Below the pieces are notes generated by a model. The model made no database searches, was not told where the DNA came from, and was given only the letters and a program-made list of their open reading frames with translations. A program made the translations under genes and the position numbers. From Octopus sinensis (taxonomy: Eukaryota), in contig NC_043025.1 in the NCBI RefSeq assembly GCF_006345805.1, positions 10,664,001 to 10,728,000 of the forward strand: a DNA stretch of 64,000 bases, read 5' to 3'. Positions 55,801-64,000 of the stretch are shown one piece after another. The first letter of the stretch is position 1, and each line of letters opens with the position of its first letter.

Positions 55801-58800
55801 GTTTTTAGCCCCAGGAGGACACACTCCTCCAGCTGGCCATAGACACACTTTAAATTATTATCAGTATATCTCGAAGTTTGTTAATCTTTCAATAAAGCTG
55901 AACTTGCACCTGTTGATTCTTCTCTACAACGAAACGAAAACGCACAAACACAAATAGCCGAGGGTTTGTCCTCACTGGTATTAGCAACTAATAAGGCGGG
56001 GGTGAGCTGGCAGAACCGTTAGCACGCCGGGCGAAATGCGTATCTGTATTTCGTCTGCCGTTACGTTCTGAGTTCAAATTCCGCCGAGGTCGACTTTACC
56101 TTTCATCCTTTTGGGGTCGATTAAATAACTACCAGTTACGCACTGGGGTCGATATAATCGACTTAATACCTTTGTCTATCCTTGTTTGTCCTCTCTGTGT
56201 TTAGCCCCTTGTGGGTAGTAAAGAAATAGGTATTTCGTGCTGTTACGTTCTGAGTTCAAATTCCGCCAAGGTCGACTTTACCTTTCATTCTTTTGGGGTC
56301 GATTAAATAAGTACCAATTACGTACTGGGGTCGATATAATCGACTTAATCCGTTTGTCTGTCCTTGTTTGTCCTCTCTGTGTTTAGCCCCTTGTGGGTAG
56401 TAAAGAAATAGGTATTTCGTCTGCCGTTACGTTCTGAGTTCAAATTCCGCCGTGGTCGACTTTACCTTTCATCCTTTTGGGGTCGATTAAATAACTACCA
56501 GTTACGCACTGGGGTCGATATAATCGACTTAATACCTTTGTCTATCCTTGTTTGTCCTCTCTGTGTTTAGCCCCTTGTGGGTAGTAAAGAAATAGGTATT
56601 TCGTGCTGTTACGTTCTGAGTTCAAATTCCGCCAAGGTCGACTTTACCTTTCATTCTTTTGGGGTCGATTAAATAAGTACCAATTACGTACTGGGGTCGA
56701 TATGATCGACTTAATCCGTTTGTCTGTCCTTGTTTGTCCCCTCTGTGTTTAGCCCCTTGTGGGTAGTAAAGAAATAGGTATTTCGTCTGCCGTTACGTTC
56801 TGAGTTCAAATTCCGCCGAGGTCGACTTTACCTTTCATCCTTTTGGGGTCGATTAAATAAGTACCAGTTACGCACTGGGGTCGATATAATCGACTTAATC
56901 CGTCTGTCTGTCCTTGTTTGTCCCCTCTGCGATTAGCCCCTTGTGGGTAGTAAAGAAATAGGTATTTCGTCTGCCGTTACGTTCTGAGTTCAAATTCCAC
57001 CGAGGTCGACTTTACCTTTCATCCTTTTGGGGTCGATTAAATAACTACCAGTTACGCACTGGGGTCGATGTAATCGACTTAATCCGTTTGTCTGTCATTG
57101 TTTGTCCTTTCTGTGTTTAGCCCCTTGTGGGTAGTAAAGAAATAGTTATTTCGTCTGCCGCTACGTTCTGAGTTCAAATTCCACCGAGGTCGACTTTACC
57201 TTTTATCCTTTTGGGGTCGATTAAATAAGTACCAGTTACGCACTGGGGTCGATGTAATCGAATTAATACCTTTGTCTGTCCTTGTTTGTCCCCTCTATGT
57301 TTAGCCCCTTGTGGGTAGTAAAGAAATAGGTATTTCGTCTGTCGTTACGTTCTGAGTTCAAATTCCGCCGAGGTCGACTTTGCCTTTCATCCTTTCGGGG
57401 TCGATTAAATAAGTACCAGTCACGCACTGGGGTCGATATAATCGACTTAATCGGTTTGTCTGTCATTGTTTGTCCTCTCTGTGTTTAGGCCCTTGTGGGT
57501 AGTAAAGAAATAGGTATTTCGTCTGCCGTTACGTTCTGAGTTCAAATTCCGCCGTGGTCGACTTTACCTTTCATCCTTTTGGGGTCGATTAAATAAGTAC
57601 CAGTTACGCACTGGGGTCGATATAATCGACTTAATCCGTTTGTCTGTCCTTGTTTGTCCTCTTTGTGTTTAGCCTTTTGCGGGTAGTAAAGAAATAGGTA
57701 TTTCGTCTGCCGTTACGTTCTGAGTTCAAATTCCGCCGTGGTCGACTTTACCTTTCATCCTTTTGGGGTCGATTAAATAAGTACCAGTTACGCACTGGGG
57801 TCGATATAATCGACTTAATCCGTTTGTCTGTCCTTGTTTGTCCTCTTGTGTTTAGCCTTTTGCGGGTAGTAAAGAATAGGTATTTCGTCTGCCGTTACGT
57901 TCTGAGTTCAAATTCCGCCGTGGTCGACTTTACCTTTCATCCTTTTGGGGTCGATTAAATAAGTACCAGTTACGCACTGGGGTCGATATAATCGACTTAA
58001 TCCGTTTGTCTGTCCTTGTTTGTCCTCTTTGTGTTTAGCCTTTTGCGGGTAGTAAAGAAATAGGTATTTCGTCTGCCGTTACGTTCTGAGTTCAAATTCC
58101 GCCGTAGTCGACTTTACCTTTCATCCTTTTGGGGTCGATTAAATAAGTACCAGTTTCGCACTGGGGTCCTTGTGGGTAGTAAAGAAATAGGTATTAGCAA
58201 CTAATGATGATGACGATGAGGACAACGACGAAGATGATGTCAATAATGAAGATAAAACTAATTATGATAAAAAAAACTATCAATGATGACAGCAACAACA
58301 ATGAATCCCTGGTGATTGCAGAAGGGATTCATTAGAAGAACACGAGATCATTATAATTATAGAAATAATTATAGTAATAACTAGCAGTATCGCTCGGCGT
58401 TGCTCGGGTTTGTAAGGGAAATAACTATATGAGCATTTTTAAAAATTTACTTCCCTTATATAAACCGAGCAAAAAATGCATTAAAAAAACGAAAAAAATG
58501 ATGGTAATTTTTTTTTAAATCGTAGACTCATCGTAGACGCGCGCTAATACCCAGAAGGGGTCGATATGAATCACGACTATAAGATACCCGCTTTTGGTTA
58601 AACTGCACTGCAAAATGTGGGAGTAGTTAGGAATCTAAATCGGAGGAGACAGACTCTCACAAAACTTCAGTTTTTTATATAAAGACTAGCAGTATCATCC
58701 GGCGTTGCTCGGGTTTGTAAGGGAAATAACTATATGAGCATTTTTAGAGAGTTACTTCCCTTATATAAACCGAGTAAAAATTGATTTAAAAAACGAAAAA

Positions 58801-60407
58801 ATGATGGTAATTTTTTTTAAATCGTAGACTCATCGTAGACGCGCTCTAATACCCAGAAGGGCTCGATATGAATCACGACTATAAGATACCCGCTTTTGGT
58901 TAAACTGCACCGCAAAATGTGGGAGTAGTTAGGAATCTAAATCGAAGGAGACAGACTCTCACACAACTTCAGTTTTATATATAAAGATTATAGAAAGAAC
59001 AACTGTAGCACCTTTGGTTGCTGCAGCACTTCATCGAGGGAAACCTGAAGAAAGAAAATGGTAACAGGTAGGACAACAACATCACAGATCACAACAGAGC
59101 TACCACTGCCTCTGACAACAACACCAGCACTCCGTCGGTTACGACGACGAGGGTTCCGGTTGATCCGAATCAACGGAACAGCCTGCTCGTGGAATTAACG
59201 TGTAAGTGGCTGAGCACTCCACAGACACGTGTACCCTTAACGTAGTTCTCGGGGATATTCAGCGTGACACAGAGAGTGACAAGGCCGGCCCTTTGAAATA
59301 CAGGTACAACAGAAACAGGAAGGAAGAGTGAGAGAAAGTTGTGGTGAAAGAGTACAGCAGGGATCACCACCATCCCCTGCCGGAGCCTCGTGGAGCTTTA
59401 GGTGTTTTCGCTCAATAAACACTTACAACGCCCGGTCTGGGAATCGAAACCGCAATCCTATGACCGCGAGTCCGCTGCTCTAACCACTGGGCCATTGCGC
59501 CTCCACAGGTACAACAGAAACAGGAAGTAAGAGTGAGAGAAAGTTGTGGTGAAAGAGTACAGCAGGGATCACCACCATGCCCTGCCGGAGCCTCGTGGAG
59601 CTTTTTTAGGTGTTTTCGCTCAATAAACACTCACAACGCCCGGTCTGGGAATCGAAACCGCGATCCTATGACCGCGAGTCTGCTGCCCTAACCACTGGGC
59701 CATTGCACCTCCACAGGTACAACAGAAACAGGAAGTAAGAGTGAGAGAAAGTTGTGGTGAAAGGGTACAGCAGGGATTCACCACCATCCCCTGCCGGAGC
59801 CTCGTGGAGCTTTTTAGGTGTTTTCGCTCAATAAACACTCACAACGCCCGGTCTGGGAATCGAAACCGCAATCCTATGACCGCGAGTCCGCTGCTCTAAC
59901 CACTGGGCCATTGCGCCTCCACAAGCAGTAATAGTGATTGAGTTAGCAAAATTATGATGGTAATTGTGATAAAAATAAGAAAATGAATACCTACTTCCAT
60001 CAATTAATTCTACATCATGTTGTTGAATTCCTAAGTCATACAATGTCTGTGATGTGTTTAAAACACGGTGTATGCTGAGTAACAGCTTATCCTTGGTAAT
60101 AGCTCTGATCACGTCACAATGTATAGTAAATATATTCTTTCTTTCCTCTGAACTGAAATAAAAATAAATAAACAAATAAATACATACATACATACATACA
60201 TACATACATACATACATACATACATGCATACATAGGCGTAGGAGTGGCTGTGTGGCAAGTAGCTTGCTTACCAACCACATTGTTCCGGGTTCAGTCCCAC
60301 TGCGTGGCACCTCGGGCAAGTGTCTTCTACTATAGCCTCGGGCGACCAAAGTCTTGTGAGTGGATTTGGTAGACGGAAACTGAAACAAGCCCGTCGTGTA
60401 TATATAT

Positions 60408-60449
<42 letters not shown>

Positions 60450-60455
60450 ATATAT

Positions 60456-60513
<58 letters not shown>

Positions 60514-61131
60514 GCAGGAGTGGCTGTGTGGTAAGTAGCTTGCTTACCAGCCACATGGTTCCGAGTTCAGTCCCACTGTGTGGCATCTTGGGCAAGTGTC
60601 TTCTACTATAGCCTCGGGCCGACCAAAGTCTTGTGAGTGGATTTGGTAGACGGAAACTGAAAGAAGCCCGTCGTATATATGTATGTATGTATGTATGTTT
60701 GGGTATGTATATATATATATATAAATTAGAGAAAAAACTACTATTATGTAATTCAAACAATGATAGACATAAACCAAATCATAAATAAAAAAATGAAATA
60801 TATTATAAAACATATAACTACATCACAAAAAGTACAAAAAAATGAATAAACAACATATAAGTAAAAAGACTTATAATTATGTTTTATAATATATTTTATT
60901 TTTTCTTTATGATTTGGTTTATGTCAATCATTGTTTGAATTACATAATATTGGTTTTTTTGTAATTTATATATATTATATGTTTATATTGTAAAATTTGA
61001 TTTAATACTAAATTGAATTTTTTCCGGCCTGTACTCTTTGTATGACCACCTTCCCTTTACATAACTCCCTGTCCCCTTATATGGCCTTACTTTTGCTTTT
61101 TGAGCCAATAAAAATTGAATTGAATTGCTCC

Positions 61132-61175
<44 letters not shown>

Positions 61176-61469
61176 TAGATGAGTGTATTTTTACCTTGTT
61201 AACAATTAACACGGAAAAATAAACAAATAGTTACCAGGGCAGCAAAAATCTCACAAGTAAAGGTGTTGTAACTCCTTGTTTATAAAGTAAGAAACTTCGT
61301 GTTTACGTTGAATATTTTGAATAATATTTTTTGCTAAAATGTCGTATTGACGAGTTTCGTTTTTTTCACTTTCCCGAAGAGAAGATTGCATTGTTTATAC
61401 CATTTATTCTTTTGAATAAGTATCAGTGGAATTTTCGAAACATGTGTCGAAAGTAAAAATAATTTTTTA

Positions 61470-61519
<50 letters not shown>

Positions 61520-63144
61520 CATGGAGAGAGAGAGAGAAAATCTCCCTCAGTATGTCTATACGTGGATGTGACTTGCTTTTTGTATGCTAAAACGCTTAAC
61601 ATTTCATTGACAGTATAAATTTTGTATGTTGTGGTTCACAAATACAGCATTTTTAGGTGTAATATTTAATACATACAAGGAAACAACACTGGATTGTTTG
61701 GAGCAAAAATAAATAAATTTGAATAAAAGTTTTTGCTTACCCGCAATATTCAACTCTGAATGTTCCCGTCAAGTTTGATAACTCGTGCTCAATCTGCAAT
61801 AGTCGAATATACGTATAAGATCATTCTTAAGCCATGCTGTTAATGTCACTAGAGTAAACAGTGGAGTAGCAATGGCTCAGTGGTTAGGGCAGCGGACTCG
61901 CGGTCGTAGGATCGCGGTTTCGATTCCCAGACCGGGCGTTGTGAGTGTTTATTGAGCGAAAACACCTAAAGCTCCACGATGTTCCGGCAGGGGATGGTGG
62001 TGATCCCTGCTGTACTCTTTCACCACAACTTTCTCTCACTCTTACTTCCTGTTTCTGTTGTACCTGTATTTCAAAGGGCCGGCCTTGTCACTCTCTGTGT
62101 CACGCTGAATATCCCCGAGAACTACGTTAAGGGTACACGTGTCTGTGGAGTGCTCAGCCACTTACACGTTAATTTCACGAGCAGGCTGTTCCGTTGATCG
62201 GATCAACCGGAACCCTCGTCGTCGTAACCGACGGAGTGCTTCCACCAGAGTGAACAAAATATAATATTAGTTAATCCCATGCTCAAGTTTCGCTATTGAT
62301 CACCAAATAAATTAATTTAGCATCCGTAGTTCATCAGTGGGATCGATAAAGAATGCATAATTATGTAGCTTTAATACTACCGAAAACACGTGCCCAAAAC
62401 AGCTCTATCTTTATACATTATGGATTCAAGTGAAATAAGTAAAAGGTAAAGGTTCAGATGAATCTACAGATTAAAGTAGTTGAAAAACCAGGGACCCTCA
62501 TGAATTTCCTGATCTGTAGAACATAGTTATCTTAAAAGTGTATAGATTTTGTAGAATATTTTCTATGTTTGACTTCCTCGTGGAAAGGAAATATTATTTT
62601 GGAAAACTAATCTGGTGAACCTTCAAAGATTGCTGTTGTATTTGAACGAATTCAATAATACGGTCTACTAAAGGTGGTGGAAGCACTCCGTCGGTTATGA
62701 CGATGAGGGTTCCGGTTGATCCGAATCAATGGAACAGCCTGCTCGTGAAATTAACGTGTAAGTGACTGAGCACTCCACAGACATGTGTACCCTTAACATA
62801 GTTCTCGGGGATATTCAGCATGACGACACAGAGAGTGACAAGGCCGGCCCTTTGAAATACAGGTACAACAGAAACAGGAAGTAAGAGTGAGAGAAAGTTG
62901 TGGTGAAAGAGTACAGCAGGAGTCGCCACCATCCCCTGCCGGAACCACGTGGAGCTTTTTAGGTGTTTTCGCTCAATAAACATTCACAACGCCCGGTCTG
63001 GGAATCGAAACCGCGATCCTATGACCGCGAGTCCGCTGCCCTAACCACTGGGCCATTGCGCCTCCCTACTAAAGGTACTGATTTCATTATTTAGTTGATT
63101 TTGGTATTTATTCTATAAAGCATGTGTACGTGTGCATGTGTGTG

Positions 63145-63179
<35 letters not shown>

Positions 63180-63302
63180 AGGAAGAGAGAGAGTGACAAA
63201 GAGAAGGCAGACATCTACTCACAGATATTGACATGTTTTCAAAGATTTGGTTTTTGTTGAGCTCTTTGAAAACCAGATAGAATTCAAAGTTATTGGTCCA
63301 GC
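25433..63302 (-). CDS. Adhesion G-protein-coupled receptor (ADGRG/GPR126/GPR64-like architecture), 5'-partial; join of 15 exons: 63302-63223, 61793-61741, 60152-59995, 54895-54784, 50275-50106, 49309-49078, 46254-46089, 43820-43662, 41373-41245, 39455-39306, 36312-36191, 33372-33252, 30591-30447, 26694-26622, 25812-25433
   Basis: Manual minus-strand translation. Every exon is bounded by AG/GT with compatible phases, giving one stop-free frame of 749 codons. Motifs: HRM ([27 protein letters not shown]), GAIN, GPS ([23 protein letters not shown]) and TM1-7 typical of aGPCRs ([54 protein letters not shown]). No gene symbol because orthology cannot be assigned by eye. Confidence 0.94.
26622..26694 (-). 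CDS. aGPCR TM4/ECL2 exon ([23 protein letters not shown])
   Basis: Acceptor ATCGTTGTCAG, donor GTAAGT; 73 nt, phase 1 to 2. Confidence 0.93.
26872..27322 (+). mobile_element. 5'-truncated CR1-like LINE 3' end; its tail resumes at 27965-28001 after a nested SINE
   Basis: [54 protein letters not shown] is the typical CR1 ORF2 C-terminus. The same 3' UTR with an (AATTG)n tail occurs at ~61030-61125. Confidence 0.88.
28774..29497. mobile_element. Trimer of a ~200-bp hAT-like MITE with (TA)n spacers
   Basis: Copies 28774-28974, 29032-29232, 29298-29497; termini CAGTGCTTTTCAAAC / GTTGAAAACCACTG; 8-bp TSD ATACAGAC at 28766-28773 and 29498-29505. Confidence 0.88.
29765..30397. repeat. Compound (TG)n/(CG)n microsatellite
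   Basis: Direct reading. Confidence 0.95.
30447..30591 (-). CDS. aGPCR TM3 exon ([48 protein letters not shown])
   Basis: Acceptor GTTACTATAG, donor GTATGT; 145 nt, phase 0 to 1; [12 protein letters not shown] motif. Confidence 0.95.
31196..31780 (+). mobile_element. 5'-truncated R4/Dong-like non-LTR retrotransposon (restriction-like endonuclease domain plus 3' UTR) within a (TAA)n tract
   Basis: Frameshifted [53 protein letters not shown]. (TAA)n lies on both sides (30841-31195 and 31783-31900). Confidence 0.85.
33252..33372 (-). CDS. aGPCR TM2 exon ([40 protein letters not shown])
   Basis: Acceptor TATTATTTCAG, donor GTAAGC; 121 nt, phase 2 to 0. Confidence 0.93.
33640..34100. repeat. 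Long compound (TA)n microsatellite (similar tracts at 13700-13910, 23880-24150, 36530-37050)
   Basis: Direct reading. Confidence 0.95.
36191..36312 (-). CDS. aGPCR TM1 exon ([40 protein letters not shown])
   Basis: Acceptor TTTCTATTGTAG, donor GTAAGC; 122 nt, phase 0 to 2. Confidence 0.94.
39306..39455 (-). CDS. aGPCR GPS exon ([10 protein letters not shown]...WSTKGC...[13 protein letters not shown])
   Basis: Acceptor TTTGTTTCAG, donor GTTGGT; 150 nt, phase 0 to 0; canonical HL|T autoproteolysis site at 39332-39324. Confidence 0.96.
39810..40220 (+). mobile_element. SINE family A, representative copy (tRNA-like head GGCGCAGGAGTGGCTGTGTGGTAAG, internal TA/TG microsatellite, (GTAAAAGA)n tail)
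   Basis: Near-identical copies at about 7145(-), 10920(+), 13236(-), 23425(-), 24155(-), 26255(-), 27323(-), 34103(-), 38325(+), 40245(-), 42240(-), 43390(-), 47017(+), 49408(+) and 60234(+); A/B-box-like motifs. Confidence 0.9.
41245..41373 (-). CDS. aGPCR exon, GAIN subdomain B ([43 protein letters not shown])
   Basis: Acceptor CTTCTCTTTACAG, donor GTAATA; 129 nt, phase 0 to 0; NS.I.AASV...I.NL.EPV.I.F GAIN motif. Confidence 0.93.
41572..41663 (+). tRNA. tRNA-Lys(TTT) with a 19-nt intron at position 37/38 (41609-41627)
   Basis: GCCCGCA/TGCGGGC acceptor stem, D arm TAGCTCAGTCGGTAGAGC, TCAGA-CTTTTA[intron]A-TCTGA anticodon arm, GGTTCAAGTCCC T loop; 73+19 nt; TTTT shortly downstream; one C:U mismatch in the T stem. 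Confidence 0.87.
42735..43247 (+). mobile_element. Non-autonomous Helitron-like element, representative copy
   Basis: 5' TCTATATATATAAA, 3' hairpin CCCGAGCAACGCCGGG then CTAG. Related copies at 35293-35967(+), 46404-46844(+), 53874-54490(-) and 58381-58985(-, tandem). Confidence 0.72.
43662..43820 (-). CDS. aGPCR exon, GAIN ([53 protein letters not shown])
   Basis: Acceptor TTTTTCTCCACCAG, donor GTACGG; 159 nt, phase 0 to 0; missed by the ORF track. Confidence 0.9.
44918..45198. repeat. ~280-bp fold-back (arms ~130 bp, loop ~17 bp)
   Basis: AAACAATAGCAGCGTGGAAGGTG... / ...CACCTTCCACGCTGCAATTGTTT, with few mismatches. Confidence 0.9.
45425..46030 (+). mobile_element. SINE family D with triplicated ~152-bp head; monomer at ~12795-13090
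   Basis: Head GTGGAGGCACATGGCCTAGTGGTT...GGTTCGAATC occurs three times, followed by one body and tail. Confidence 0.85.
46089..46254 (-). CDS. aGPCR exon, GAIN ([30 protein letters not shown]...GTEAL)
   Basis: Acceptor TTTTCTCACAG, donor GTACAA; 166 nt, phase 2 to 0. Confidence 0.92.
48703..49050. repeat. (CTA/CAA)n microsatellite beginning ~30 bp after the donor of the 49078 exon
   Basis: Direct reading. Confidence 0.95.
49078..49309 (-). CDS. aGPCR exon, GAIN subdomain A ([34 protein letters not shown]...AEQASRSVS)
   Basis: Acceptor CTCATTGCAG, donor GTAATA; 232 nt, phase 1 to 2. Confidence 0.92.
50106..50275 (-). CDS. aGPCR exon, HRM C-half (SPRTVGH...[31 protein letters not shown])
   Basis: Acceptor TATTTTTCCAG, donor GTAAGC; 170 nt, phase 2 to 1. 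Confidence 0.92.
51240..53099. mobile_element. Non-autonomous DNA transposon with GG-starting 24-bp TIRs and 8-bp TSD (Merlin-like), left part tandemly amplified, inserted in a SINE-C copy
   Basis: TIR GGATCTTTTCGGTTTGAACGGCAG / CTGCCGTTCAAACCGAAAAGATCC; TSD ACATTTCG at 51232-51239 and 53100-53107. Confidence 0.85.
53320..53872 (+). mobile_element. SINE family E tandem dimer
   Basis: Two ~290-bp copies starting TGTGGAGGCGCGTGGCTTAGTGG; 3' part shared with family D. Confidence 0.85.
54784..54895 (-). CDS. aGPCR exon, HRM domain N-half ([36 protein letters not shown])
   Basis: Acceptor TTTCTTTTTCAG; 112 nt, phase 1 to 2; WP.T..G..A.LPC motif. Confidence 0.92.
55015..55850. repeat. ~343-bp tandem repeat, about 2.4 copies, indel-rich
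   Basis: ATCAAAGTGAG anchors at 55025, 55371 and 55712. Confidence 0.85.
55993..58190 (+). mobile_element. SINE family C multimer: one head plus about 12 tandem ~182-bp bodies
   Basis: 16-bp direct repeat GGTATTAGCAACTAAT at 55977-55992 and 58190-58205. Monomer at ~32830, trimer at ~37465-38030, dimer at ~44025-44440(-). Confidence 0.92.
59995..60152 (-). CDS. aGPCR exon ([52 protein letters not shown])
   Basis: Acceptor TTTTTATTTCAG. Donor GTAGGT (phase 1) joins 54895 directly; an alternative GT lies 4 nt further, at 59990. Confidence 0.82.
61741..61793 (-). CDS. aGPCR exon ([17 protein letters not shown])
   Basis: Acceptor TATTGCAG, donor GTAAGC; 53 nt, phase 0 to 2. Confidence 0.8.
61861..62245 (+). 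mobile_element. SINE family B, representative copy (~385 bp)
   Basis: Copies at about 20798(-), 21950(-), 32275(-), 34675(-), 38815(+), 40781(-), 47825(-), 59126(-) and 62678(-). Several have 11-13 bp TSDs (CTTCATGTAATCT, ATCATAGGTCT, CTTTGAGACAT, CTACTAAAGGT). Confidence 0.9.
63223..63302 (-). CDS. aGPCR exon ([26 protein letters not shown]), extracellular, possibly SEA-like
   Basis: Acceptor TATCCTTCCTCAG, donor GTGAGT; 80 nt, phase 1 to 0; joins the next exon in frame. Confidence 0.8.
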
Positions 63303-63383
63303 CTGAGGAAGGATATAAAACAAATAACCATAGAATTTGTAAAACAGATACATGTCATAGATGCACACAAATCCACGTACATA

Positions 63384-63900
63384 CAGTTGCGGCCAAAATG
63401 TTCAGAACGGCATTGTTTTCGTCTGAAAAGTAGGTATAATTTTTTATCAAAGTTGTTATATATTCTATAATTTTCACAGACAATAAATACGATATTAATT
63501 GTTATTGTCTGAGATTTTGGTGTAATTTGAGAGTATAATACAAAAGTTATAGATGATTTAGTGATTTACTGCAAAATCCATGGCGGCCAAAATGTTCAGA
63601 ACGGCATTGTTTTCGTCTGAAAAGTAGGTATAATTTTTTATCAAAGTTGTTATATATTCTATAATTTTCACAGACAATAAATACGATATTAATTGTTATT
63701 GTCTGAGATTTTTGTGTAATTTGAGAGTATAATACAAAAGTTATGGATGATTTAGGGATTTACTGCAAAATCCATGGCGGCCAAAATGATCAGAACGGTT
63801 GAAAAAATAACAAAATAATCAAAAATGACAGAGAATACTGGAATTATTTAATATTTAGTGTGCGGCCCTTTAGCTTCAATCACACTTTGACATCTTAGAT
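63384..63900 (+). mobile_element. Tc1/mariner-like left end with a 194-bp tandem duplication
   Basis: TA|CAGTTGCGGCCAAAATGTTCAGAAC start; GCGGCCAAAATG recurs at 63389, 63583 and 63777. No transposase or right TIR is visible. Confidence 0.6.
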
Positions 63901-64000
63901 AAACTATAGATAAAACACACTTAACACATACACACACACACACACGTATGCACAAGCATTCACATTTTTACATATACAGACACAGACTTAAAAATACATA

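Noticed and set aside
55890-55925. Possible 14-nt microexon AGAAGAATCAACAG
   Set aside because: It is phase-compatible only with the alternative 59990 donor, has a weak GTGCAA donor, and is not needed for the frame.
55993-58190. CRISPR-like appearance of regular arrays (also 1-5700 and 51240-53099)
   Set aside because: No unique spacers between short repeats, no cas genes, and a eukaryotic intron-exon context.
58988-59075. Possible extra aGPCR exon after acceptor TTTCTTCAG ([11 protein letters not shown])
   Set aside because: The required phase-1 reading hits TGA at once, there is no good donor, and the flanking exons join without it.
20815-62983. Recurrent ORFs [13 protein letters not shown]..., MFIERKHLK..., ...[15 protein letters not shown]...
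   Set aside because: They are reading frames through non-coding SINE copies, recurring wherever the SINE lies.

Overview
Repeat-dense animal genomic DNA. The microsatellite load and tRNA-derived SINE families suggest an octopod cephalopod (inference, not verified). The one well-supported protein-coding gene is a minus-strand adhesion GPCR. I reconstructed 15 GT-AG exons by hand between 63302 and 25433 (2250 nt, 749 full codons, all phases compatible). They encode a possible SEA-like region, HRM, GAIN/GPS (CDHL|TSFALLM) and a complete 7TM. The 5' exons lie beyond the right edge and the last exon is unresolved. An intron-containing tRNA-Lys(TTT) gene sits antisense in one intron. The left ~6 kb is a 66-bp tandem array, running off the window, that is open on both strands (22-aa repeats) and is the best candidate for an undescribed coding system. 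The rest is SINEs (several modular families, some multimerised), LINE remnants (RTE, CR1-like, R4/Dong-like), MITEs with clear TSDs (hAT-like, Merlin-like, Tc1-like), Helitron-like elements, long palindromes and microsatellites. Most ORF-track entries are microsatellite or SINE artefacts. Exon, tRNA and TSD coordinates were counted base by base; boundaries of other repeats are approximate.
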